A DNA stretch of 64,000 nucleotides, taken from Rebecca billardiae RCC1528. Its lineage: Eukaryota; Protista; Haptophyta. The position numbers were made by a program, and so were the translations under genes. Shown one piece after another: positions 11,430-22,100 of the stretch. The notes under the pieces were generated by a model, which saw only the letters and a program-made list of their open reading frames with translations, did no database searches and was not told where the DNA came from. Position 1 is the first letter of the stretch, and the number at the start of each line of letters is the position of its first letter. The stretch lies in the NCBI GenBank assembly GCA_965240325.2, contig OZ251227.1:2790001-2854000 (forward strand), written 5' to 3'.

Positions 11430-12132
11430 CAGCGTCCAGCGCCGGCGGCGGCGGGTGCAAGCATATTGATTTGACGGGCGGGCGGAAGGGCTGCTGGCGG
11501 CCCTTCTGCAAGCGCCAGCTGCGGGCCGACGGCGTATTTGTCGCCGGGCTCGAGAGGGGCTGCCAGCGGGCCTTGCCGCACGACTCCACGAGCGCCGCCA
11601 GCGGCGGGTGCAAGCATATTGATTTGACGGGGCGGGAGGGCCGCTGGCGGCCTTTCTGAATTCTGCAAGCGCCAGCTACGGGCGGGCGGCGTATTAGTGT
11701 CGCCAGGCGCGAGAGGGGCTGCCAGCGGGCCTCGCCACGAGCGCCGCCAGCGGCGGGTGCAAGCATATTGATTTGACGGGGCGGGAGGGCCGCTGGCGGC
11801 CTTTCTGCAAGCGCCAGCTACGCGGGCGGGCGGCGTATGTGTCGCCGGGCTCGAGCGAGAGGGGCTGCCAGCGGGCCTCGCCACGAGCGCCGCCAGCGGC
11901 GGGTGCAAGCATATTGATTTGACGGGGCGGGAGGGCCGCTGGCGGCCCTTCTGCAAGCGCCAGCTACGGGCGGGCGGCGTATTTGTCGCCAGGCGCGAGA
12001 GGGGCTGCCAGCGGGCCTTGCTACGAGCGCCGCCAGCGGCGGGTGCAAGCAGTATTGATAGGGCGGGGCGGGAGGGCTGCTGGCGGACCAAGTTTGTTCC
12101 CGGGAAGCAGCCGCCAGCAGCCCTTTCTGGTG
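11430..12132 (-). repeat. Tandem array A, right arm (~5 units), inverted
   Basis: GCATATTGATTTGAC at 11461, 11614, 11763 and 11909, and GCAGTATTGATA at 12049. The terminus CCCTTTCTGGTG mirrors CACCGGAAAGGG at 3314. Confidence 0.95.
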
Positions 12133-12237
12133 TAGACCCTTCTGGCGTCGCCCACGTTCCAGCCGAGCTGCGACAACCTGTCGTCGTCCACGCTCTCACC
12201 GACACCGACCGACGGCGATTTTGGGACGTCTTCCACG

Positions 12238-15200
12238 ATGGCGGCGCGACCCGGACTCACCAGTCGCGACGACCAGCCGACAAGCATTGTCGCAGCACCG
12301 GGGCCATCGCCGCCGGTGGGCGCGACGCCCCACCTCTCCATCAGCAGCCTCGTCCCAGACTTCCAGGAGCTGCTCAAGGACTACCCCTTCGACACGGGGC
12401 AGATCCCCCACGATCCCGGACAGCGGATGCAGCCAGTCGAGGCGATCGCACCGGAGCTCGAGTACCTCGGCGACTCGCCGGGCGATCTGGTGAGCATCGA
12501 TGAGGTCGTCGCCGCGCTCTACGAGGTGGCCCTCATGGGCATCAACGAGCCCGACCAGAAGCCGATGGACGTCGTGGAGAGCTTCTTCCACGACATGGGA
12601 GGTACGCGCAGCGCTCCGACTAACCACTCCCACACCATCCTGTGCTGCAGCAAGGCAGCATGGGAACAAGATGCCCGCGATCGGCATCGCATGTCCTCAT
12701 TGTTGTCCACTTACCCCCTCCTGTCTGCCAGCAGCTGGTACGGTGTGAGCGAGACCTTCGACTGCATCATCCCAGAGATCCCGTCGCGCAAGAACCTGGG
12801 CAACGGCATCTACAGCAGCCAGTGGAGTGAGATTGACACCGATGATCCAGAGTCGTGCCAGCCATGCGACAATCAGTCGTGCACATCGAGGCATTGCCTT
12901 CTTGAGTGCAACATCTGTGGGATGGGCAGAGTCTGCAGCTACCGATGCGCAGACGCCATCCAGGTTCAGCATCAGCTCGAATGTGAGCAGATCATCCAGT
13001 TTGCAGCGATGAACGATGGGATTGACATCGATGATGATGGCATTCACGTCCACCAACAGGACGGACCCGTCGCAGCGGCTGATCGCCGCAGCCTGAGCGT
13101 CGTGAATGACGCAGGCGCCAGCCTCGATGATATTTGCCCTTGGCGGCCATCTAAACGATGCACTATCTACTCGGGAGGCTTCATCGCAGCAGCCGCAGAG
13201 CGGCATCAAGGTCACAACTACACAGTTGGAGACTATGTGCGGGAAAGGGACGAGCTTCACCAAAGCAAGTTTGATCTCATGTTCCATTGTAACGACGCAC
13301 TCCTACAGCCAGGTGTCGCATGCTTACTGCACGACGAGTTCTATGGGCTGACTTCTGAAGCAGGCGAGGGACACTCGCCAGCTGACGACGGTCCACCTGG
13401 ACATGGCACAAACTACCCGCCTGCCGCGACTGGCGCCGACAACAGCGCACAGCAGAGCAGCGATGGGGACGAGTCCTCTACGTCGGACATTGACAGCTAT
13501 ACCACAGCAGAGGACCACATTGAGACAAGCTCGCCCCACGCGTCACCGCGAACGCGCAGAAATGGAAGCGAAGCTTGCACCTACTTGCCCGACGCACATG
13601 CAATGATGGCTGTGCAGACAAGCCAGCCCGGCGTCGGAAGCTACAAGCTGAATTTCTTCACAATCAAATCGAAAATGGCTATCCACGGAGCGATCAAGGA
13701 CGCAGTCACCGAGGTCAAGGCTTCCTACAAGGGAAGAGCGACCGACACTACGTCGTCCATGGTCACCCTCGTCGAGGCCAGGCTCTCCGGATACGCGCTG
13801 GCCGAGGCAGCCGTGTGGACAGCCGAAAATGCTATTCGGGAACCTTACGCAACCGCATTCGCAAACATGGACGCGGACACCACCATCATGCAGATGACGA
13901 TCGTCTACGAGCGATCGGTGGAAGTACTTTTCAAGCGTATCAAGGACATGATGCTGCCAAGTCTCTTTTCGTACCTCGAGTCGAAACGGCACATCGTGAA
14001 CCCGAATGAGAATTTCCTGAATTTACATACTCTGCTCGAAATATTCGAGCACGAGCTGAACGTATCGACCATGTCGGAGCTCCGAGCTGAGTTCAAGAAG
14101 CTCTACCCGGACCGACCGACCCCGGTGAGCGGCCCCGAGATGATCAAGCAAACAGTGGAGATGGTACGCGCATCACGCTATCGAGAGCTAGATGACGCCA
14201 CACTCCTCGTTTTCAAGTTGTACAACGGGATGCACGAGCACCCAGAGGTCTACTCGACCGTCATCTCTATTTACGGTTCAATGTCGCCCCAGCAATGCGT
14301 GGCGCAGACCGAACAGCTCACCGCCCAGATCGAGGACGCATACAGGCGTTGGACTCAGTCGCCCAAGGGACGACAGGCAGCGCAACGTGACCCCAAGCGG
14401 GGCGGTCCCGCGCACGCTCTCAATACTGAGGAGGCGGACCGCCGACAACCAGCCGTCACGTGCTCGCACTGCGGGCTACGCAATCACACCGCAGAGCGGT
14501 GCTGGAAGCTACATCCAGACTTGCGGCCACCCAGGCCGCCCGGTGCACCAAGACAGGGCAACTTCAAGCCGCCCGCCAAGCCCGGCGGGCGTGACGGCAA
14601 GTTCATCAAAGTACCTCCGCCCCCCAAGCGGGCGGGGAGGCCGCGAGCCCAGATGGTGCAAGACGAGGACATCGACCCGGAACCCGATGACGCAGATCTC
14701 GAGCCGACGCAATACGCGTATCTGGACTCGGGCGCGTCCCAATCATTTGTCGATATCAACCTCGGCCTGCTACACAATGCTCATCCGATCAGCATGTCTG
14801 TTAAGGTCGCCAAGCGCGACATTGAGCTACACGCATCCAAGGCAGGCGACATGTACGTATACTTACTCGACGCCGACTCAGACACAACCGTGCCGGTGTG
14901 CCTGGAAAACGTCGTCGGAGTCGAAGATCTCGATACTACTCTCTTTTCAGTCAACGCGTTCGCCGCGGCCGGAATGGCTGTGGTGTTCGACGAACGACCA
15001 TACATCCGCATCGGCCCCAAGAGGGTTCATTTGCGCCCCGACAACACTGTCGGATTCAAGGCAGTCGTACCCAAGGCAGAGACAGCCATGCCGGCCACCG
15101 CAGACGACATGCCACCAGACGTCGACCCGATCAAGAACGGGCGAAAGATCACGCTCTGGCAATCCAGACTAGGATACGCCGATATCAAGCGTGTACGCGC

Positions 15201-18165
15201 AACCTACCGCGCGAACGACAAGATGTCGGAGGCATCGCCCTGCACGTACCAGCCCTCCGACGTTGCCAAGTTCAAAGCTAAGCCGTTCCCGGGCACACGT
15301 GAGAGGACAACTCGACCGCTCGAGATGCTCCACAACGATGTCATCGGGCCCATCAACGGGCTGCCCGCCAAGACTCCAAGGTGGGGAACTCTATTCATCG
15401 ATGATTTTTCCGGATACATGCGCTTCTACGACATGCAAAACAAGGCTGAAGCGCCGGAGAAGCTCGACCTCATGGCCAGCGAGATGGGAGCCAACTCTCT
15501 ATCCGCCACCATGCAGAACAAGGGCATCGCCGGATGCACCATTCACCTCGACGGAGGCCGAGAGTTACACTCAAAGAATTGGAACCGAGTCCTTCGCAGG
15601 TACGACATGCTATGCAACTACATGTCGCCCCCCCACACGCAGCAGCTGAACGGCGTCGCCGAACGTGGCCTCGGAGTCATCATGAATGACGCCAGGACAA
15701 TGCTGTACCTCTCAGGCGTACACCACAAATGGTGGCATTGGGCAGCCAAGTGCGCTGCCGCGCAACGCAACCTGATGAGCAAGCATCCTACCAGCGATGG
15801 CAAGCTGGTTTCACCGCACGAGTTGATGTTTGGCACCTCGCCCGGGCCATTCCTACAAAAGCTGAGAGTCTGGGGCTCGCCCTGCATCTACCTCGTACAG
15901 TCGATCAACAAGCAGAACAAGCTACTCCCGCGCGCGCGGGAGGGCATCTTATTGGGATACGGATTCGACGGTATCTTCGAGCGAGGCGCCATCAAGCGAT
16001 CGCACGGATACATCGTTTTGAGTGCCGACGACGGGAAAATCGTCATCACTCGGCATGTCAAGTTCAACGAGCAAGTCATTTTGGATCGAATCTCTACGCA
16101 TTTCAAGGAGATACGCGAAATTCGGGACCCCCTGCTGGCGTGGAGCGCTCGGCGACCCCCTCAAGGTGCAGATGCTGGTAAGACCCATGACAGCAACACC
16201 AACGAGGAGGGCGGCGAAGAGTTTGCCAGCAGCAGCAGCGACGCCGACAGCGGCTCCGAGCGCGGAGGAGACGATCCACCATCGCCGGACGAGAAATCAG
16301 ACGACGATGACGACGAGGATGACGGGGACGGCCCCGACGACGACGAGAAGGGAGATGACGGCGACGACGACGGTGATGAAGACGGCCCCGGAGCTGGAGG
16401 CGGACCATCGCCCAGCAACGCGCCGCCGCAGCCGAAGCAGCCTCCTCCCTCCGCCGATCGTCGCCCACAGCGGACCCGCAACATGACTGGCAAGTCATAC
16501 TTCCCGTCGACGCGGCGCGCGCGCGCGCGCGCGCAGCTCGCGCAGCTCGCATCAGATATCCCGGTACCTACATCGTTCAAGGAAGCGATGGAGAGCAAGC
16601 AAGCATCCGATTGGACAAGGGCTATCATGGAAGAATACGAGGCCCACGACAGACTGGGCACATTCACGCCCGTCGTTGTTCCCAAAGGGAAAGCAATTAT
16701 CCCATCGAAGCTGGTCTTCAAGGTCAAAGCCAATCCAGATGGTACCATCGAACGGTACAAGGCAAGATTGGTTGGTCAAGGCTTCCGCCAGATTCAAGGA
16801 GTCAATTACGACGAGGTATTCTCGCCTACTATCCGGTACGAGAATGTACGCCTCCTATTGGCACTGACGACGGAGCTACGAACACCAGAAAGACCTTGGA
16901 TCATCCACTCCGCGGACGTGAGTACGGCGTACCTCCAAGCCCCTTTGGAGGACGGCCTGAAGATCTACACTACGCTACCCCCGCTGTACCCGTGTACTCT
17001 CAAGCCACCCGAGGGGCATGTGGTCGCGGCCGACTGGGATATGGCCCTTCCAGGATTTAAGCAGAGCGGCCGACGATGGCACCTCCGCCTCAGCCAGAAA
17101 CTGCGAGAGAAAGGATTCAAGAAACTCGCACAGTCGGAGTGCATCTTCGTTCGCATCTCCGGAGACATCATCGACGTCATCGCAGTGTACGTGGACGATC
17201 TGCTTATTCTGAGCAGCTCCCCCGACAGCGCAAGGCCCAGCTCGATTATTGAGGAAATTCGAAAAGAATTTACCCTCCGGGATTTGGGACCAGCAACGAC
17301 GTTCCTGGGCATGAATATCACCCAGGGGCCCAAGTCGACGACTATCTCCATGTCACAGTACATCACCGATCTCCTCAAGAGGCACGACATGAGCGACATT
17401 ACGCCCGTCGACAACCCATGCAGATCGGCAGCAGAGCAACCGACATCAATCGAGACAGACGATTCATCATCGTGCTCGTCGGAGGAATCAAAGACCTACC
17501 GAGCAATCGTCGGAGCGCTACTATTCATCATGAACACCTGCCGACCCGACATCAGCTATGCAGTCAACATGTTGGCAAGGTACATGGCAAGCCCAAGTTC
17601 GAACGACCTTAAAGGTGCCAAGCGAGTGCTCAGGTACTTGGCCGGGACAAAGAATTCCGGCATCACTTTCAAATCAACACCTACTCAGCCACGGACGGAG
17701 ATGTTTGTGGACTCAGATTGGGCCAACGATACAAAGGATCGCCGCTCGACAGGAAGCTATATCTACTTCCACGCAGGCGGCCCAGTATCGTGGCGCACCT
17801 TCAAGCAGTCAATCACAACCCTCTCATCATGTGAGGCCGAATATGTCGCTCTCGCGGAAGGAGCCAAAGAGGCAGTTTACCTACGCGACATCATCAGCGA
17901 TATTCTCAATATTCCCAAGACGCCCATTGTGATCCACGAGGACAACAAGGGGGCGATTGATCTCTCGAAGAACAGCATTCATCATAAGCGCACCAAGCAC
18001 ATCGACGTACGACACCATTTTATTCGAGATTGTGTCGACCTCGGTGCAGTCAACATTATCAAGGTACACACATCGGAAAACATCGCCGATTGTCTTACCA
18101 AGGCGCTACCCAAGGACAAGTTTGCAAAATTCCGAGACATCATGGTTGCACCAGTTTCGAATTGA
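12238..18165 (+). CDS. Copia gag-pol polyprotein (1975 aa) with an N-terminal extension containing a MYND-like zinc finger
   Basis: Zinc knuckle CSHCGLRNHTAERC (14461) and protease YLDSGAS. Integrase HND...LDGGRE...NGVAER, RT YKARLV/KQSGR/YVDD, and RNase H FVDSDWA/EAEY/KHID/ADCLTK. The stop codon abuts the PPT. Confidence 0.97.
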   Translation: MAARPGLTSRDDQPTSIVAAPGPSPPVGATPHLSISSLVPDFQELLKDYPFDTGQIPHDPGQRMQPVEAIAPELEYLGDSPGDLVSIDEVVAALYEVALMGINEPDQKPMDVVESFFHDMGGTRSAPTNHSHTILCCSKAAWEQDARDRHRMSSLLSTYPLLSASSWYGVSETFDCIIPEIPSRKNLGNGIYSSQWSEIDTDDPESCQPCDNQSCTSRHCLLECNICGMGRVCSYRCADAIQVQHQLECEQIIQFAAMNDGIDIDDDGIHVHQQDGPVAAADRRSLSVVNDAGASLDDICPWRPSKRCTIYSGGFIAAAAERHQGHNYTVGDYVRERDELHQSKFDLMFHCNDALLQPGVACLLHDEFYGLTSEAGEGHSPADDGPPGHGTNYPPAATGADNSAQQSSDGDESSTSDIDSYTTAEDHIETSSPHASPRTRRNGSEACTYLPDAHAMMAVQTSQPGVGSYKLNFFTIKSKMAIHGAIKDAVTEVKASYKGRATDTTSSMVTLVEARLSGYALAEAAVWTAENAIREPYATAFANMDADTTIMQMTIVYERSVEVLFKRIKDMMLPSLFSYLESKRHIVNPNENFLNLHTLLEIFEHELNVSTMSELRAEFKKLYPDRPTPVSGPEMIKQTVEMVRASRYRELDDATLLVFKLYNGMHEHPEVYSTVISIYGSMSPQQCVAQTEQLTAQIEDAYRRWTQSPKGRQAAQRDPKRGGPAHALNTEEADRRQPAVTCSHCGLRNHTAERCWKLHPDLRPPRPPGAPRQGNFKPPAKPGGRDGKFIKVPPPPKRAGRPRAQMVQDEDIDPEPDDADLEPTQYAYLDSGASQSFVDINLGLLHNAHPISMSVKVAKRDIELHASKAGDMYVYLLDADSDTTVPVCLENVVGVEDLDTTLFSVNAFAAAGMAVVFDERPYIRIGPKRVHLRPDNTVGFKAVVPKAETAMPATADDMPPDVDPIKNGRKITLWQSRLGYADIKRVRATYRANDKMSEASPCTYQPSDVAKFKAKPFPGTRERTTRPLEMLHNDVIGPINGLPAKTPRWGTLFIDDFSGYMRFYDMQNKAEAPEKLDLMASEMGANSLSATMQNKGIAGCTIHLDGGRELHSKNWNRVLRRYDMLCNYMSPPHTQQLNGVAERGLGVIMNDARTMLYLSGVHHKWWHWAAKCAAAQRNLMSKHPTSDGKLVSPHELMFGTSPGPFLQKLRVWGSPCIYLVQSINKQNKLLPRAREGILLGYGFDGIFERGAIKRSHGYIVLSADDGKIVITRHVKFNEQVILDRISTHFKEIREIRDPLLAWSARRPPQGADAGKTHDSNTNEEGGEEFASSSSDADSGSERGGDDPPSPDEKSDDDDDEDDGDGPDDDEKGDDGDDDGDEDGPGAGGGPSPSNAPPQPKQPPPSADRRPQRTRNMTGKSYFPSTRRARARAQLAQLASDIPVPTSFKEAMESKQASDWTRAIMEEYEAHDRLGTFTPVVVPKGKAIIPSKLVFKVKANPDGTIERYKARLVGQGFRQIQGVNYDEVFSPTIRYENVRLLLALTTELRTPERPWIIHSADVSTAYLQAPLEDGLKIYTTLPPLYPCTLKPPEGHVVAADWDMALPGFKQSGRRWHLRLSQKLREKGFKKLAQSECIFVRISGDIIDVIAVYVDDLLILSSSPDSARPSSIIEEIRKEFTLRDLGPATTFLGMNITQGPKSTTISMSQYITDLLKRHDMSDITPVDNPCRSAAEQPTSIETDDSSSCSSEESKTYRAIVGALLFIMNTCRPDISYAVNMLARYMASPSSNDLKGAKRVLRYLAGTKNSGITFKSTPTQPRTEMFVDSDWANDTKDRRSTGSYIYFHAGGPVSWRTFKQSITTLSSCEAEYVALAEGAKEAVYLRDIISDILNIPKTPIVIHEDNKGAIDLSKNSIHHKRTKHIDVRHHFIRDCVDLGAVNIIKVHTSENIADCLTKALPKDKFAKFRDIMVAPVSN

Positions 18166-18172
18166 GGGGGCG
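18163..18172 (+). other. Polypurine tract of the copia element
   Basis: TGAGGGGGCG lies immediately 5' of the 3' LTR, as is typical of copia elements. Confidence 0.85.
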
Positions 18173-18677
18173 TGTCAAAAGCCCAAGGCAGCCATTGGCG
18201 CCATTCCCCAGCTCGAGGTTTCAATCTCAAGGCGCTGAGCAATTCTAAGCGCCACCATGCTGAGGCTTCATTCCAATTCAAAACCTTATCATCGACCTCA
18301 ACTGTCGGTTTTATTCACGTCCAGTGCACCAATTCATTCATCATCATTCATCGTGCATTTCATAATGGCCAACAAGCGTCGCGGAACAATCCAGGACTAT
18401 CAAAGCTCCTGAGATGTTCTCAAGCCTTCGCAGGGCAATGCACTATCAGATCATTCCGAGAACGTGCCTTCGCAATCAGAAGCCGAGAAGCATCTCCAAA
18501 CTTTCTAATCACGAACGTTCTGAGATGAGTCCTTTTTGAGAACCCTACAAAAGTTTTTCTCAGCGATCTGGAGCTACACCAGCCACACAACAAAACCGAA
18601 CTGATCAGCAAGCAGGGAGACCCCTGCGCCACCATCGCCAAAGAGCGAACCTCCGCCAGCGCACGAAGTGCCAATCA
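18173..18677 (+). repeat. 3' LTR (505 bp)
   Basis: Near-identical direct repeat of 2115-2619 with TG...CA ends, followed by the TSD TATAT. Confidence 0.97.
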
Positions 18678-19105
18678 TATATATATCATGGCCCGCGGTG
18701 CAGGGCGGAGCGCGCAGCGTGGAGCCCGCACTGCGGGCCCGAACCACGTTATTTCAAAAAGATCTACTTTGATATATATATATATATATATTGATATCAC
18801 TAACTACTGTTATACGAAGTGCTCGTGGCCCAGTTGTAACTACAGTGACTACAGTCTAGCTGAGTAGTAGGTAGCAGTGACGAAGTTCACTGCGGCGGAC
18901 CGCATAGATGGCATCAGCACTGCTTTAGCATGCAGCAGCATTATATCACTAGTATGTTTTAGACTCTGCTAGCTTATTCAGTGAGAGTGACTGACGTCGC
19001 GCCGCGGTTGACTCGTGCCGACGCGGCACGCGCGCGCGCAGCCACCGTTACGCCATTCCTCGCGTCACGTCATGACGTCATGACGTGACGTGACGCCATG
19101 ACGCG

Positions 19106-22100
19106 TCACACACGCCCAGCATTGGCGGCGAAGCGTGGGAAGACGTTCTGCGCTGGCTCCCGGGGGCTCCTAGGCCTGGTGAAGTTGTAGTACGCCTCGG
19201 TGCCCTCCTCAGACTCCACGTCGGGGATCTGACCGAGCTCGACGTTGCGCACCGCCTCGAGCGCCTGCCTGCGCGTGCTCCCTGATGCGGCGGTTGGCGC
19301 GCGGCGCGGAGAGTGCGGCGGGAGTGGCGGAGCGTGCGCGCGCGGCGGGGGTCGCCGCAAGCGCGTGAGGCGGCGCGGCAAGGAGCCGGCCGACTCGCGC
19401 GCTCGGGCGGGGGGAGAGGGCACCGGGCTGCGCACGCGCGTGGCCACCACGGCCCGCCTGCGGGCGCGCGCGCAGCGCACCGCGGTCGAACAGCCTGGTG
19501 AGGTACTGCCGGCGGTACGCCACGCGCTTCTGCGCGCGCACGGTCCACCACGGCCGGTCGGGCATGAACTTGGCGATGAGCAGCCGCGTGGCGATCAGCC
19601 CGTGCTCCAGGATCACCACGACCAGCAGCCGACCTGCCAGGCTGTCGTCGCGCATCTCGTCGTGCACGCCGAACTGCCGCGCGATTGTCCCCATAGAGTC
19701 GGACGCGCGCCACAGAATCAGCATGTTGGTGACGATGGCGAGGTAGGCGATCATCTCGAGGAGGAAGGCCCAGTTGCCGATGCCCTCCGCGCCCGAGTAC
19801 ATCGGCCGGCGCGAGAGCTCGACGAGCTTCCACGCGTCCGTCTTGCGCTCGACCTAGGCGCGCGCGTGTGCACGCGCCGTGGTGCGATGCGGGTTGGCCG
19901 TGCGCGAGAGGTTGTGGCAGCGGGCGGCGTGCGCGCGCGCGCGTGCGCGCGCGCGTCGCGAGCGATGGCCGTGCGGAGGCCACGGGCCGTCGCGGGCGGC
20001 GCACCGTGTTGTTGATGAACGCGAGCAGCGACGCGGGCGGGAACGCGATCGCGAAGAGCGTGATGTACCTGGCGCGTGCGTGCGCGCACGGCGCGTGTGC
20101 GCGCTGAGCGGATGGCGGCGGCGCATGCGGCGCGCGCGGCGCGGGCGCACCGCGGCCGCTCGTGCGTGCCAGGCAGGGCGCACGCGCGTGCGCGCCGCGC
20201 ACCCGAACTGCACGACCATCTCGCCCATCTCGCTCATCGAGCCCGCGTACTCGGGGAGGTAGCGCTCCCTCTCCAGCCGCTCTGGCAGTGGGCGGAGCAG
20301 CGTCTCGCGCGTCTGCCGCATCTCCAGCGGCGAGACGCCATGGCCGCACACGGCGATCAGCCGGTCGCGCAGCCAGTCGGTCGCGTCCTCGAACGCGTCG
20401 CCCGCGGACGGGCGCGCGCCCCACTGGTACACGGGCTCGTCGACGTCCGCCTCGACGTCCGAGTCGCTCGAGGGGAGCGAGAGCGTCTCGTCCGACGGGC
20501 TCGGCCGCGCCGCCTCCAAGTCCGGCGCGCGCGGCCCCTGCGCGCGCGCGCTCCCGTCGCCGCTGCTGCGCCGGAAGCGCTCGCTGAGCGGCCGCATCGA
20601 GACGGCCGAGCCTGCCGCCTGGCCGCTGCGGCTCGCCGCCTCCAGCAGGCGCCACAGCGCGTCAGGATCGACCTCGGGCGCCGGCTGGTTGGCGCCCGCG
20701 TGGCCGGACGGTCGATGGTCGACGGCCGAGCGCGAGCGACGCTGGTGCTCCGTGCCCGAGCGGCGCTCCCTGTACAGCAGCTTGAGCCAGCCGAGCACGA
20801 TCGGCGCGATCAGCGTCTTGAAGTGGCGCGCGAGCGTCTCCTTGAAGATCAGGATGGCGATCATCTGCACGGTGAGGTCGGTGAGGCACGAGGACTCGCA
20901 CGTGTCGGCGAGGCGCGGGTCGCCGAAGAGCGCCGCGCCGTCCTGCTTGAAGAACGCGATGTAGATGAGCGCGATGTACGAGTTGACGCACTGGAAGGCG
21001 AACGTCTTGACGATCAGCGAATCTTCGAACTCGGTGTTGGTCCGGTGGAGCTCCCACTCGGTGATCGCGTGCCCGACCCAGCCCCAGAGCACGTTGCTCG
21101 TGTTGATGAAGACGGCGGTCATCGCCGAGCCGAGCAGGAGCGCGACCCACGGGTGAATCCCCACCACGCTCACCAGGTACACGCGCAGCGCGATGATGGC
21201 AAACGCGCCGACGGCGACGGCGATGATGGTGATGGCGGTGAGCACATAGCCGGCGCGCTCGCGCGCGCGGTGCACGCGCGGGTCGATCACCTTGGTGAGC
21301 GGCGCGCCCTCCTGCCGCGGGAGCGCGATGAAGCCGCCCTCGCCGCGCGCGTGGATCCCGCGCCGGCGCACGGCGAGCCGGTGCGACGTGTACGCGTAGC
21401 GCGAGGGCTCGTTGTCGGCGAACGTGCCGACGTTCCACGCGAACGTGAGCTCCGCGTTGCGCTGCGCCCACCGCTTGAGCACGACGATGCTCCACACGGA
21501 GACGAGTAGCACGTACACGGGCAGCAGGGCGTTGTCCACGCTGCCGTGGCGCGCGAGTATCGCCGCGGCGTACCCGAACACCGCGAGCGAGATCAGCGCG
21601 AGCACCACCAGGTAGCGCGTGTACACGTCGAGGAACTCGAAGTAGAGCGCAATCTGGTCGCCAAAGTAGCCGTGCACGAGGTCGCGCGGGTACTCGAGCG
21701 AGGGGTAGACCCACTCGCGCAGCAGCCGCGCCTGCGCGAAGGGGTCGTGCAGGCAGAACCAGTCGTCGATCAGCCCGTCGCTCCTCGCCGAGTTGAGGAA
21801 GACGTCGCACCCGTTGAACTCCTCCGCCTCCTCGAGGATGGCAAAGATGAGCCGCTGCCGCTGCAGCGAGCTGAAGACGAACTCGCCCTTGGTCATGTCG
21901 TCGTTGGCGAACTCGGGGGCGCGCGCGGCGGAGAAGGTGTCGTACGAGGCGGCGTTCGACTCCGGGTCGTTGTACCGCGGGCTCAGCCGGACCGACACGG
22001 ACTGCTCCTGCGCGCGCCGCCAGAGCACCGGCTTGGGCGCGGCGATCACGACAAAGAACGCCGACGGATCAGACACGCTGTCGATGCGGCGCAGCAGGAG

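Larger units (their letters stand above)
2115..18677 (+). mobile_element. Full-length Ty1/copia LTR retrotransposon, 16,563 bp
   Basis: Two 505-bp TG...CA direct repeats and a 5-bp TSD TATAT (2110-2114 and 18678-18682). A PPT precedes the 3' LTR, and one intact ORF runs in gag-PR-IN-RT-RH order. Confidence 0.97.

Noticed and set aside
3281-12165. Calling the palindrome a discrete Foldback DNA transposon
   Set aside because: No sharp termini, TSD or transposase could be found. It is kept as an alternative hypothesis in the findings rather than as a feature.
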